DNA from: an uncultured Candidatus Saccharibacteria bacterium
GTDB lineage: Bacteria; Patescibacteriota; Saccharimonadia; Saccharimonadales; CAYVSP01
NCBI GenBank assembly: GCA_964584265.1
Contig: CAZOZI010000001.1
Span: 75,691-139,690, forward strand
Length of the DNA stretch: 64,000 nucleotides
Direction: 5' to 3'
Shown here: in pieces, positions 44,791 to 56,614 of the stretch
How positions within the stretch are numbered: position 1 is the stretch's first letter
How the letters are laid out: every line of letters starts with the position of its first letter
Made by a program: the position numbers and the translations under genes
The notes under the pieces: generated by a model
What the model was told of the DNA's origin: nothing
Databases searched by the model: none
The model's input: only the letters and a program-made list of their open reading frames with translations

Positions 44791-45898
44791 TAAAACAACT
44801 CTTCTAAATGCGCTTGTACGCCATGAAAGAGCCAGGGCAAATGCTCTGTTTGTCAGTATTGGCGAGGGTGTCATTGTTACCGATGCTCGGGGGCGGATTA
44901 GTAAAATCAATGCAGTAGGTGCTCATATTTTGGGCTACAGCGAAGCTGAATTATTGGGGCAATGGTATCCAAGCGCTATTGTAGCGGAAAACAGCGCTGG
45001 CCGATTAATTAAGAACATAAATCGGCCGATAACACGTGTCTTTTTATCTGGGAAATCAGTCAACGCACATCTTTATTATCGACATAAAGATGGCTCACGT
45101 TTAGCCGTGTCGCTGACCGTTTCACCTGTAATGTTACGCGGCAGACCAGTCGGTGCAATTGAAGTGTTTCGTGACATTAGTCAGGAACTTGCATTAACTC
45201 AAGCTAAAGATGAATTTATTTCAATCGCCTCACATCAACTAAGAACTCCTGCAACGGGCGTTAAGCAGTATTTAGGCATGGTGCTAGAAGGTTATTCAGG
45301 CGAATTAACAGCTGACCAAAGGCTTTTACTAAATAAAGCCTACCAAAGTAATGAGCGCCAGCTTAAAGTCATTGATGATCTGCTTAAAGTAGCCCGCGTT
45401 GATTCAGGCGAGATTAAGCTTCGCCCAGTGAGCACGGATATATTAGAACTTCTCAAGGATGTGATACATGAGCAGCTACAACAAATTAAAAAGCGTGGCC
45501 AGGCAGTAAAATTTCTACACGATGAAGAGAGCATTCAAGTAGATTTAGATCCTGCTCGGATTCGCATGGTATTTGAGAACCTACTGGACAACGCCAGCAA
45601 ATACAGCGATGACGACAAGACTCTTCGCGTAGGCGTAACGAGAGATTCGTCGCAAGTAACGGTTGCCGTCGAGGATGAAGGTATTGGCATAGTAAAGGAA
45701 GGTGTAACTAAGCTTTTTCAGAAATTCACGCGACTCGACCAGCAGCCACGCATAATAGAAGGTAGTGGTCTAGGGTTATATTGGGCAAAAAAGATAGTTG
45801 ATTTGCATGGCGGTAGCATTAATGTAACGTCAACTCCTAATAAAGGTTCAGTTTTTACTGTAGTTCTTCCGCTTAAATTTAAACAGCGAACGAGCTGA
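44768..45898 (+). CDS. Soluble PAS-domain sensor histidine kinase
   Basis: 376 aa. PAS-like N-terminus, H-box SHQLRTPAT, N box NASKYS, G boxes DEGIGI and GSGLGL. Confidence 0.85.
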   Translation: MRIPAKLNKTTLLNALVRHERARANALFVSIGEGVIVTDARGRISKINAVGAHILGYSEAELLGQWYPSAIVAENSAGRLIKNINRPITRVFLSGKSVNAHLYYRHKDGSRLAVSLTVSPVMLRGRPVGAIEVFRDISQELALTQAKDEFISIASHQLRTPATGVKQYLGMVLEGYSGELTADQRLLLNKAYQSNERQLKVIDDLLKVARVDSGEIKLRPVSTDILELLKDVIHEQLQQIKKRGQAVKFLHDEESIQVDLDPARIRMVFENLLDNASKYSDDDKTLRVGVTRDSSQVTVAVEDEGIGIVKEGVTKLFQKFTRLDQQPRIIEGSGLGLYWAKKIVDLHGGSINVTSTPNKGSVFTVVLPLKFKQRTS

Positions 45899-45953
45899 TT
45901 TTGCGTGTTTTTATTATCAAGGTAATATAGTAATTAGCAAGAGGTAGAATGTT

Positions 45954-46346
45954 ATGGCAAATATTTTAATAGTCGAAGATGATGCTGCACTTAATGATGC
46001 TTATAAGCTAATCCTCAAGAAAGAAGGTCACAAAGTTAGTGTTGCCCATGATGGTGAAGAAGGGCTAGAAAAGCTAGCCTCCATAAAACCAGACCTTATT
46101 TTACTCGATCTACTGATGCCTAAACTCGATGGCATCGGCTTTTTGAAACAATATCGCACACGCTTTGAAGGAAAAGATACTAAGGTGGTAATACTTACTA
46201 ATTTAGATCAGGATAAGGAAATTAGTGAGGCACTGAGTCTAGGAGCATATAAATATATTGTTAAAGCCCGCACCTCGCCAAAGCAGTTAGCAACTAATGT
46301 CAATCGCCTGGTAAGCCATAATATTGATAAGCAAGCCGACGCATAG
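45954..46346 (+). CDS. Single-domain response regulator (receiver only)
   Basis: 130 aa. ILIVEDD, phospho-acceptor context DLILLDLLMPKLDG, conserved K in YKYIVK. No output domain. Confidence 0.9.
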   Translation: MANILIVEDDAALNDAYKLILKKEGHKVSVAHDGEEGLEKLASIKPDLILLDLLMPKLDGIGFLKQYRTRFEGKDTKVVILTNLDQDKEISEALSLGAYKYIVKARTSPKQLATNVNRLVSHNIDKQADA

Positions 46347-46358
46347 ATAGCTAGCACC

Positions 46359-47048
46359 CTAGGTTATATCAAGCAACGGTGGGTTCATGTCCGTCAGACG
46401 CATTGTGTTATATTCGTCGTCTAAAAGCTCGTTCAGTTTGTTAGTTTTCACAATGTAATTTTGTCGATTATAATCCAATACCCCAGCTTTCTCTAATCGC
46501 TTCAACTCAATACCGGTCGTCTCGCGCGTTAGTCCCATAAAGTTAGCCAGATCTTGTTGTGTAAGCGGTAGTTGTATCTTGACAGTGTCTTTGCGCACAT
46601 CGCGGCCAAATCTGATACACAGATAATGGATAGTATGCACAACTTTATCAGCGGCTTTCGATTGTTCCAAAGCATTAACACGCATCTGGTAGTTTAAATA
46701 CCTAGAAACAAAATAATCAAAGTAACTAAAAAGAAGCTTAGAATCGCTCTTGATCAGCGTAAGCAACTGCTCACGTGGCACGCAGTAGACACTGCAGTTT
46801 GTAAAAGCTTCATAGAAGTACTGCGTTCGTCGCAGCTTACCAAAAACCCAACCAACCGGAAACATTTCCATCTCAATATCAAAGGATATTGGTTTTTCCT
46901 GGCCGTCACTGGTGAGGTTATAGGTCTTTACAACACCTTTCTTAATCACATAAGCGCATGCTGGCACTTCACCCTCAAATAGTATGATCTCGCCCTTGGT
47001 AAACGTTTGGACTCGGTACTGATTAAGATGTAGTTTGAATGCATCCAT
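46359..47048 (-). CDS. Crp/Fnr-family transcriptional regulator
   Basis: 229 aa. cNMP-binding beta-roll (GEIILFEGEVPACAYVIKKGVVK) and C-terminal HTH (TQQDLANFMGLTRETTGIELKRLEKAG). Confidence 0.85.
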   Translation of the reverse strand: MDAFKLHLNQYRVQTFTKGEIILFEGEVPACAYVIKKGVVKTYNLTSDGQEKPISFDIEMEMFPVGWVFGKLRRTQYFYEAFTNCSVYCVPREQLLTLIKSDSKLLFSYFDYFVSRYLNYQMRVNALEQSKAADKVVHTIHYLCIRFGRDVRKDTVKIQLPLTQQDLANFMGLTRETTGIELKRLEKAGVLDYNRQNYIVKTNKLNELLDDEYNTMRLTDMNPPLLDIT

Positions 47049-47147
47049 TCGTAGCCCCGATTACAGTTGTCTACCTATTGTAAAGCGTCAGGGCGTGAAT
47101 AGAAACACTGTCCAAGACTGTCTTTCTCGATAATTATATATTGCAAT

Positions 47148-47690
47148 TTAAACAGTGTCTTTTGAGATAGATACTGCCGCTCTTCGACCAGTATAGAAGC
47201 TGCGAATTTGAAACAAAAAATATAGACCTATTCCAGTTGTGATAAGCGTCATTATCAAGCGTTCTACACTGCCATAGTCGCTGAAGAGAATAACTATACC
47301 GTATAAGATATTAACAAGTGCTGCGTAAAACAGTAAGTTCCAGCCGCTTTTTTTGCGATCGCGCGTACGCGGAAAGGCGGCCACAAACAACAAGCCTTCC
47401 ACTGCCAACGTAAAAATCCCAAGCCATATAACGATTGTCAGATGATGAATTGGAACTTGTTTGCCGCCCAATGATTGGCTTAGGCTATTAGTATAGTTAA
47501 TTATATCGTTAGCAACGCGTGTCCAATGCCACAATACCCAAGCTGCCCAAAGCGTCAGCAAGCCTAGCACCAGATTTATCCAAGGCAAATACTCAACAAT
47601 CATCTTTTTAGCGTTTTCGGGCAATTGGTATGGAGCTTTCTTGACGAGCATCTCATCCAATTTAGTTTCAAGTGACTGTAGTACGCTCAT
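47148..47690 (-). CDS. Membrane protein (180 aa, 4 TM)
   Basis: Hydrophobic helices after a soluble N-terminal ~30 aa. No family recognised. Confidence 0.5.
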   Translation of the reverse strand: MSVLQSLETKLDEMLVKKAPYQLPENAKKMIVEYLPWINLVLGLLTLWAAWVLWHWTRVANDIINYTNSLSQSLGGKQVPIHHLTIVIWLGIFTLAVEGLLFVAAFPRTRDRKKSGWNLLFYAALVNILYGIVILFSDYGSVERLIMTLITTGIGLYFLFQIRSFYTGRRAAVSISKDTV

Positions 47691-47788
47691 TGCATTCCTT
47701 TTTTACAATTATCACAATTCTAGCATACTGCCGCCGGTAACCAGGTTGCAAGCCGTTAGTAGTAAATTAGTAACGTACAATGTAGTTA

Positions 47789-50700
47789 ATGAAAAAGTTT
47801 GAAGAGGCCTTTAAGCGCCTAAACCCCGCTCAACATAAAGCTGTTGAGACTATTGACGGCCCTGTCCTGGTAATTGCAGGGCCAGGTACGGGCAAAACCG
47901 AAGTATTAAGTTTGCGTGCAGCCAATATATTGAATAGGACTGGCTTAGACCCATCCAATATTTTGTGCCTGACATTTACTGATAATGCTGCCCGCAATAT
48001 GCGCGAACGATTAGAGAGTATTATCGGTCAGTCGGCTTACCACGTTGGCATCTATACCTTTCACAGTTTCGGAACTCACATTATTAACCGATTCCAGGAC
48101 TATTTTACGAAACGTCAACTATTGCAACAGATAGATGAGTTGGGTAGTTACGAACTTTTGAAGAATATTTTTGAACAACTAGCCCACACCAATCCTTTTA
48201 GCGTGAAAGTTGGTGAGGAATTTGTAATGCTTAAAGACACGCTTCAAGTCATAAGTTGGCTCAAAAAAAATGCGCTTACGCCCGTAGAGCTTGCCACAAT
48301 CATTAAATCCAATGCAGATTTTATTGATAAAATTGCTGAGTCCCTTGCAAACACTTTCGCCCAAACACCGTCGGGCAAACAGATTGAACATTACCAAGCA
48401 CTTTTAAGACTATCCAATAAATTAATCCGTGGTAAACGACTGCTTGGTTTTCCAGAGCTAGCTAGTGAATTTGCGCATTCACTAGGCAAGGCGATTGATA
48501 TGGTACAGATTTCGGACCGCTACGCACCATCAATGACGTCTTGGCGCAATGCGTGGTGCAGCAAAGACGCTAACGGACGTCATGTTTTAAAAGATGCCGC
48601 TCGTAATATTCGCAAGATGAATGCTCTGGTCAATATATACCAAAGGATGCTGGACGAAATGAGCCGACTGGGACTGTATGATTTCGACGATATGATTATC
48701 GAAGCCGTACACGCTCTGGAGAACAACAGTGAGCTGCGATTGAGCTTACAAGAACAGTATCAATATATTCTGGTCGACGAATTTCAAGATACTAATAAAG
48801 CTCAGTTAAGAATGCTGAAGAGTCTAGGTGACAATCCGGTGAATGAAAACAGACCAAATATTATGGTCGTCGGTGATGATGATCAAGCTATTTATGCCTT
48901 CCAGGGTGCTGAAGTTTCCAATATTGTCGCCTTTAGCGAGCTATACGATACTTCGACTTTCATTACGCTGGATACAAATTACCGCTCCACACCTACCGTT
49001 TTGCAAGCTAGCTTTGCGATAGCACAACAAATTTCAGATAGACTTACGCTTGCACTACCAGTCAAGTCCAAGACACTACAAGCGACTAAGTCCTATAAGC
49101 AGCAGGCTCTCAAACATAATGTGTTTATTAGTGAACTGGCACAATATGATTGGATAGCTCAGCAGATAGATAGACTCATCCGTAAAGGTTCACAACCCGA
49201 AGATATAGCCGTAATTGCACCAAGACATGTATATCTAGAACGTCTGATGCCTTACTTGGGCAATCAACACATTCCAGTGGCGTATGAACGTAGAGAGAAT
49301 ATACTTGATGCACCTATAATAGTTCAGCTGTTAAATATGGCTAGCTTGGTGGTGGCCATCACTGAAAATAACCAAGCTGAGATAGACAGGCTGTTTGGGG
49401 AAGTGCTGACCTACGCTTTTTGGGAAATTCCAGATGAAGACATCATCCAAGTCAGCCTGACGTGCTATGACAAGCACAAGCGCTGGCTTGAGGTACTCCA
49501 GACCACTAAAAGTAGTCAGCTAAACACTGTAACTAAATGGTTTATTGGTTTGGCCAGGCGTAGCAAGATTGAACCAATGGAATACATATTGGACGAGTTA
49601 ATGGGAGCATCGCCTGATGGTGTTGACAACGAATACGACGATATAACTTTCAAGTCAAACCGTGAGTCCGCCTTTACCTCGCCCATGCGGCAATATTATT
49701 TCAATTCAGGGCGTTTTGAACAAGCCACCGATTCCTATCTGGCAGTTCTAGGGCAGCTTTCTGCATTACGACAAAGATTGCGTCAGTGGAAACCAAACCT
49801 TGCTCTATATATCAGTGATCTGATTGCATTTGCCCAGTTGCATAGACAAGCACACCTCAAAATCATTGACGACAACCCACATACCCAAACAACCAATGCC
49901 GTACAAGTAATGACCGCCTTTAAAGCTAAAGGCCTGGAGTTTGGCACTGTTTTTGTTATCAATGCTCAGGATGAAATTTGGGGCCCGACTGCGCGCAGCC
50001 CAGTTAGACGCATAACCCTACCCAAAAATCTGCCCATTGCACCATCCAGTGACGGTGATAATGACAAATTACGCCTACTTTACGTCTCACTGACAAGGGC
50101 CAAACACCATTTGTTCATTTCTAGTTATACCAATGATCTTGCTAACAAATTGTCACCTGGTCTTAGCTTTCTCGGTGGTAATTCCAAAGACTCAGAGCCA
50201 GTTCATCCTGCTTTCAAACCAAGTTATATCACCAAACCCGACACCATAAAATCAATGGAAATTCTGGCTACCGATTGGGCGTATCGCTTCCGACAGATAC
50301 TAGCCGACAAACCGCGTTTATTTGAGCCGATTCTGTCCAGTTATCGATTGAGCGTTACGCATCTTAACAATTTTATCGATCTCAAGGGCGCCGGCCCGCA
50401 GTACTTCTTGGTTCATAATTTACTGCGCTTCCCAGAAGCCCTCACACCGTCTGCGGCCTATGGTGATACTATTCACAAAACTCTCCAATGGATACATCTG
50501 GCACTAAGAACTGGTGGTAAACTGCCGTCAACTAAAGCCACACAATCTTACTTTGCGGATACACTACTACGAAAGCATCTGAGAAGTACGGATTCTAAGC
50601 GCCTCGATGAGCGTGGCCGCCTAGCTATTGCTAAATATATGAAAGAGCGCTCCGTTAAATTGAGTCCAAAAGATCTCGTAGAACGTGGCTTTAATAACGA

Positions 50701-51148
50701 CGGAGTTATAGTCGGAGGAGCTAAGCTGAGCGGCAAAATTGATAAACTGCATTTTTTGAGAGACGGCGGACTTGAGGTCATAGATTTTAAAACTGGTAAG
50801 CCATCCGCTTCTTGGCAGGGTAGAGATGAGTACGAAAAGATTAAACTCCATAAATATAGACAACAGCTGTTGTTCTATAAATTTCTTGTCGAAAATTCAG
50901 CTAGCTTTCATAACAAACTTTTTGTTAGAAGCGGGGCGCTTGAGTTTGTAGAGCCAAATGAGCAAGGTGACTTAGTTACAAATTTGGACTTAGTATACGA
51001 TACCAAAGAACTCAACCGCTTTAGTGGCCTTATCACTGCTGTATGGCAGCACATTATGGAATTAAATTTTCCAGACATCAGCACCTATAGCGCTGACCTA
51101 AAGGGCACACTGGCATTCGAGGAAGACCTGTTAAGCGGTAAGATTTAG
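47789..51148 (+). CDS. UvrD/PcrA-type superfamily-1 helicase fused to a C-terminal PD-(D/E)XK nuclease domain
   Basis: 1119 aa. Helicase motifs AGPGTGKT, VDEFQDTN, GDDDQAIYAFQGA, YRS, TAFKAKGLEF and LLYVSLTRAK. C-terminus GKIDKL...EVIDFKTGK...KYRQQLLFY resembles a RecB-type nuclease. Confidence 0.85.
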   Translation: MKKFEEAFKRLNPAQHKAVETIDGPVLVIAGPGTGKTEVLSLRAANILNRTGLDPSNILCLTFTDNAARNMRERLESIIGQSAYHVGIYTFHSFGTHIINRFQDYFTKRQLLQQIDELGSYELLKNIFEQLAHTNPFSVKVGEEFVMLKDTLQVISWLKKNALTPVELATIIKSNADFIDKIAESLANTFAQTPSGKQIEHYQALLRLSNKLIRGKRLLGFPELASEFAHSLGKAIDMVQISDRYAPSMTSWRNAWCSKDANGRHVLKDAARNIRKMNALVNIYQRMLDEMSRLGLYDFDDMIIEAVHALENNSELRLSLQEQYQYILVDEFQDTNKAQLRMLKSLGDNPVNENRPNIMVVGDDDQAIYAFQGAEVSNIVAFSELYDTSTFITLDTNYRSTPTVLQASFAIAQQISDRLTLALPVKSKTLQATKSYKQQALKHNVFISELAQYDWIAQQIDRLIRKGSQPEDIAVIAPRHVYLERLMPYLGNQHIPVAYERRENILDAPIIVQLLNMASLVVAITENNQAEIDRLFGEVLTYAFWEIPDEDIIQVSLTCYDKHKRWLEVLQTTKSSQLNTVTKWFIGLARRSKIEPMEYILDELMGASPDGVDNEYDDITFKSNRESAFTSPMRQYYFNSGRFEQATDSYLAVLGQLSALRQRLRQWKPNLALYISDLIAFAQLHRQAHLKIIDDNPHTQTTNAVQVMTAFKAKGLEFGTVFVINAQDEIWGPTARSPVRRITLPKNLPIAPSSDGDNDKLRLLYVSLTRAKHHLFISSYTNDLANKLSPGLSFLGGNSKDSEPVHPAFKPSYITKPDTIKSMEILATDWAYRFRQILADKPRLFEPILSSYRLSVTHLNNFIDLKGAGPQYFLVHNLLRFPEALTPSAAYGDTIHKTLQWIHLALRTGGKLPSTKATQSYFADTLLRKHLRSTDSKRLDERGRLAIAKYMKERSVKLSPKDLVERGFNNDGVIVGGAKLSGKIDKLHFLRDGGLEVIDFKTGKPSASWQGRDEYEKIKLHKYRQQLLFYKFLVENSASFHNKLFVRSGALEFVEPNEQGDLVTNLDLVYDTKELNRFSGLITAVWQHIMELNFPDISTYSADLKGTLAFEEDLLSGKI

Positions 51149-51819
51149 CGTCGACGCTTAGCTTTTTTGTTAGCTGAAAGACCTACCATATTTCTTAGGC
51201 TCCAGCTTGGAGCAAATAAGATTACATACAGATTCATACCAACAATCGCCCCTACTATTGGAGCTAGTACATATGACACATCCCATGACTGAACCCCTAG
51301 AGCCACGGCTGGATTTATTAAACCGTTAGACGCAATTGACGCCACTAAAATACCAACTGTAAGTGAAGCACCAACAGTGTAGGCAAGCTTGAGGCCCTTA
51401 TAGCCTTCGTAGGCAGCGGCTGCCACACCGAACGAAAATATTAATGCGCCCAATCCTTCGGCTATGAAAACCCGCCAATCAAAACTTTTTGATGCCATAC
51501 TGGTTAGCGGTTTATTTAGCAGATAGGTAAGCAGCCCCCATACGCTCAGGCCGGCCAGCATCTGGGCAGCAACGTACAAAACTGCTTGCAAGGTTGAAAC
51601 TTTACGCTGTGTCCACATGCCAAGCGTAATGGCCGGATTTAGATGCACTCCGCCAACAGAGCGCATAGCCAACATAAATGTTCCAACAACTACGCCGGCG
51701 GCTATACCAGCAAAAAACGGAAACGTTGTACGCCCAATCATAGAAAACACTACTAAGGCAAGCGTAGCTGTACCTAAATATTCAGCCGCTACACCGGCTA
51801 CTCTTTCTCTTGCAAACAT
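51145..51819 (-). CDS. MIP-family channel (aquaporin/glycerol facilitator)
   Basis: 224 aa, 6 TM, two NPA boxes (HLNPAIT and LINPAVAL). Confidence 0.9.
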   Translation of the reverse strand: MFARERVAGVAAEYLGTATLALVVFSMIGRTTFPFFAGIAAGVVVGTFMLAMRSVGGVHLNPAITLGMWTQRKVSTLQAVLYVAAQMLAGLSVWGLLTYLLNKPLTSMASKSFDWRVFIAEGLGALIFSFGVAAAAYEGYKGLKLAYTVGASLTVGILVASIASNGLINPAVALGVQSWDVSYVLAPIVGAIVGMNLYVILFAPSWSLRNMVGLSANKKAKRRR

Positions 51820-51914
51820 ATGGATCCCTCCAAGTTAGTCTTTTATGGTTTAAGCATAGTATATTTACTCAATGCTGCAAATAGCCACTTGCAATAAAGC
51901 ACTCGAAAGTAGTG

Positions 51915-52343
51915 TTAGCGGCGCTGGTGACGTCGACGCAGTCCTGCGACGTGCAGGCGTACGCTTGAGCGGTCCATAAGACTTTGAGCCTGGTCAATCT
52001 CTACTTGTGTTTTGGCCTCAGCACGTAGATTTTCTGCTCGTTCAAATGCTTTTTGAGCTTCGGCTTCGCTAATTTCGTCTTCACGGTCAGCTTCATCCGC
52101 CAAGACCCGGACAGTGTCATCAACTATCTCGATGACTCCACCGTTGGTGGCAAAGTATTCAAGCTTATAATCTGGATCGTTGGGTTGCCTGCGAATCGTG
52201 ATGACTCCCGGGGTAGCAATGCTGACAAGGGGCATATGGTGGGGGAAAATACCGACGTATCCTTGGGGAGTCGGTAGGATGACTTCGTAGACATCTTCAC
52301 CGAACTTAGTACCATCTAACGTTACAAGCTCAAAGTGAATCAA
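51915..52343 (-). CDS. atpC: F1 ATP synthase subunit epsilon
   Basis: 142 aa. FELVTLDGTKFGEDVYEVILPTPQGYVGIFPHHMPL is the typical epsilon N-domain. The TTG start overlaps the upstream stop (TTGA). Confidence 0.9.
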   Translation of the reverse strand: MIHFELVTLDGTKFGEDVYEVILPTPQGYVGIFPHHMPLVSIATPGVITIRRQPNDPDYKLEYFATNGGVIEIVDDTVRVLADEADREDEISEAEAQKAFERAENLRAEAKTQVEIDQAQSLMDRSSVRLHVAGLRRRHQRR

Positions 52344-52594
52344 AAATCAACCCCTTCTTCGTCCGGTTTTAGTGAGTTAAATCCAACCTCTCTGTCATCA
52401 GATGCTATAGTAATCTTGGCCCGTTCCGTGCCATCGATGACACGAGTCCTCTGTAGAGTACCTTTTGTCGATACAATTATGTCCGGAGGCGCATCTGACG
52501 CATACACCGCGCTAGCTACAGCGATAATGGCTCGGGTTACATCTATTCTCTCAACGTAATCCGGGGAACTCAATTTGGCTGGATCTGATTCCAT
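52340..52594 (-). CDS. Hypothetical acidic protein (84 aa) between atpD and atpC
   Basis: The ATG lies 2 nt after the atpD TAA. Its TGA overlaps the atpC TTG start (TTGA). 16 Asp/Glu against 10 Lys/Arg. No TM segment. Confidence 0.55.
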   Translation of the reverse strand: MESDPAKLSSPDYVERIDVTRAIIAVASAVYASDAPPDIIVSTKGTLQRTRVIDGTERAKITIASDDREVGFNSLKPDEEGVDF

Positions 52595-52596
52595 GC

Positions 52597-54172
<1,576 letters not shown>

Positions 54173-54176
<4 letters not shown>

Positions 54177-55039
54177 TTTATTGCCTCCGCTCCGCCCGTT
54201 ATTTCAGCCAGTTCTTGCGTAATAGCTGCCTGGCGTGCTGTATTGAACGCCAAAGTTAAATCATCAATCAAATCTGATGCGTTGTCTGTGGCATTTTTCA
54301 TAGCCAGCATGCGCATTGAGTGTTCTGAAGCTTGAGCCTCGCTAAAAGCCTGATTAAGTCGGGCTTCAATCAAACGCTCTGTGACATTTTCCAGCACAGC
54401 CTCAGTTGAGGGTTCAAAAACCGCTTGTTCAAGATCGATAGGCGTCTCAACTTCTGTAAAAGCAGCAGGCAACAAGCGTTGGCTCACTACGACCTGGCTT
54501 ATGCTGGAACGATAATCTGTATAGATCAGATCAACCGCATCAACTGTTTTCGTCGTGAACAGCTCTACTAAAGTATTGAGGATGGGACGCAGATCGTTGG
54601 CATCCGGTTGTTCTGGGAAGTCGTGATAAGCAGCAACGACGCTTACATTCTTAAGGCGCGTGGCTAGTTTTGAGCCCTGTTTGCCAACCACGATAACTTG
54701 GCTCGCAACATTTTGATTACGATCATTTTTAAGTTCGGTCGTGAATTGGCGGAGTAAGTTGCTGTTATAGGCCCCGGCTAAACCACGATCGCTGGTTACC
54801 AATATATGCAGTCGTGTACGAATTGGCCGTGTTTTAAATAGCGGATGCTGGTTTACGTCCGTCAATTCACGCAGACGCGTCAGAATGCCGCCAGCTAGAT
54901 TACTGAAATCACGTGAACGTAGTGCATGTTCTTGGGCACGGCGCATTTTACTAGCAGCAACTAATTCCATGGCCTTGGTAATTTGTTTGGTATTCTTCAC
55001 GGAATTTATCCGGCGCTTGATTGCAATCGTATTAGCCAT
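54173..55039 (-). CDS. atpG: F1 ATP synthase subunit gamma
   Basis: Start at 55039 ([35 protein letters not shown]) with GGGAG SD. C-terminus [16 protein letters not shown]. Confidence 0.95.
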
Positions 55040-56606
55040 CATGCACTCCCAAGTCCGCACCCTTAGATTCATTATTATTCACCTGATATGTCTTTGCGAT
55101 GTGGGTGGCTGTATCAACTATAGCTTTCTTAATATCATCGCTTGGAGCGTCTCCTTGGTTCAGCTTTTCCATGGAATGCTTCTGCTCTTTACCAAGTTGG
55201 TTCAATAATGCTTCCTGCGCTTTTTTAATGTCAGCCAACGGCACAGCGTCAAAACAGCCCTCATTAGCCGCCAGAAGTATGGCAGTTTGTTGCCACACAC
55301 TTAGTGGTGAGTACTGCGGCTGTTTTAGCAGCTCAGTCAAGCGCTGACCGCGCTCAATGCGGTGCTTAGTTTCTTCATCAAGATCGGTACTGAACTGAGA
55401 GAAAGCTGCCAGTTCGCGGAACTGCGCCAAATTAAGACGCAAAGCACCCGCCACGCTTTTGACGGCTTTGGTTTGGGCCGAGCCACCGACGCGAGAAACT
55501 GAAAGACCAACCGAAATGGCTGGGCGGATACCCTGGTAGAACAGATTGGTTTCCATAAAAATCTGGCCATCTGTAATAGAAATTACATTAGTGGGGATAT
55601 AAGCGCTGATGTCACCTGCCTGCGTTTCAATTATTGGTAGGGCAGTCAGAGAGCCAGCGCCAAGTTTATCACTCAGCTTGGCGGCTCGCTCAAGCAGGCG
55701 TGAGTGAAGATAAAACACATCGCCAGGGTAGGCTTCACGACCCGGCGGGCGGCGAAGCAATAGTGCCATTTGGCGATAGGCAACAGCGTGTTTGCTTAAA
55801 TCGTCATAGATAATGAGAGCGTGTTGTTTGTTATCGCGGAAGTACTCGCCGATGGTTGCGCCAGCATACGGAGCAAGGTATTGGAGGCTAGCTGGGTCAG
55901 CTGCGCTCGTAGCGACTACGATAGTCTGGTCCATAACGCCTTCGCGCTTCAAGCGATCTACAATGCGAGCCACTTTACTGATTTTCTGTCCAACCGCCAC
56001 ATAAATGTTGATAACACCTGTATTTTGCCGTTTTTGGTTAATCATAGTATCGACTGCAATAGCTGTCTTTCCGGTTTGGCGGTCACCGATAATTAGCTCA
56101 CGCTGGCCTCGACCAATCGGTACCATAGCGTCAATTGCCGTAATGCCCGTCATAAGTGGCTCATGTACGCTTTTGCGGTCCAACACGCCTGGTGCACGCT
56201 GTTCCACAGCCTTAGTAGTGGTCGCCTTAAGTGGTCCTTTATTGTCCAAAGGTCGTCCTAATGGGTCGACCACACGGCCAACAAGTTCTTTGCCAACCGG
56301 AACTTCCAGGACCTTACCGGTCAATCGTACTTTGGCGCCAGCCTTAACAAGAGTGTCTTCGCCGAGCAGTACAGCCCCAATTTCGTCTTCTGTCAGGTTC
56401 AATGCAAAAGCCATCACCCGACTGCCGTCAGATGCGTCTATCTCAAGCATTTCATTAAAGCCGCACTCAGCTAAGCCATAAATAGAAGCCACGCCATCGC
56501 CGACACGCGTAACAATTCCAACTTTTTCGGCATTGGGCAGCGCTTTAAGCTCCTCAATAGCTTTGCGGATATCGGCTGAAAGTTGTTTGACGGATAGTTC
56601 GCTCAT
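55032..56606 (-). CDS. atpA: F1 ATP synthase subunit alpha
   Basis: Walker A GDRQTGKT plus [26 protein letters not shown] at 56606 ([15 protein letters not shown]) preferred over the TTG at 56618. Confidence 0.97.
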   Translation of the reverse strand: MSELSVKQLSADIRKAIEELKALPNAEKVGIVTRVGDGVASIYGLAECGFNEMLEIDASDGSRVMAFALNLTEDEIGAVLLGEDTLVKAGAKVRLTGKVLEVPVGKELVGRVVDPLGRPLDNKGPLKATTTKAVEQRAPGVLDRKSVHEPLMTGITAIDAMVPIGRGQRELIIGDRQTGKTAIAVDTMINQKRQNTGVINIYVAVGQKISKVARIVDRLKREGVMDQTIVVATSAADPASLQYLAPYAGATIGEYFRDNKQHALIIYDDLSKHAVAYRQMALLLRRPPGREAYPGDVFYLHSRLLERAAKLSDKLGAGSLTALPIIETQAGDISAYIPTNVISITDGQIFMETNLFYQGIRPAISVGLSVSRVGGSAQTKAVKSVAGALRLNLAQFRELAAFSQFSTDLDEETKHRIERGQRLTELLKQPQYSPLSVWQQTAILLAANEGCFDAVPLADIKKAQEALLNQLGKEQKHSMEKLNQGDAPSDDIKKAIVDTATHIAKTYQVNNNESKGADLGVHDG

Positions 56607-56614
56607 GTTGTTTT

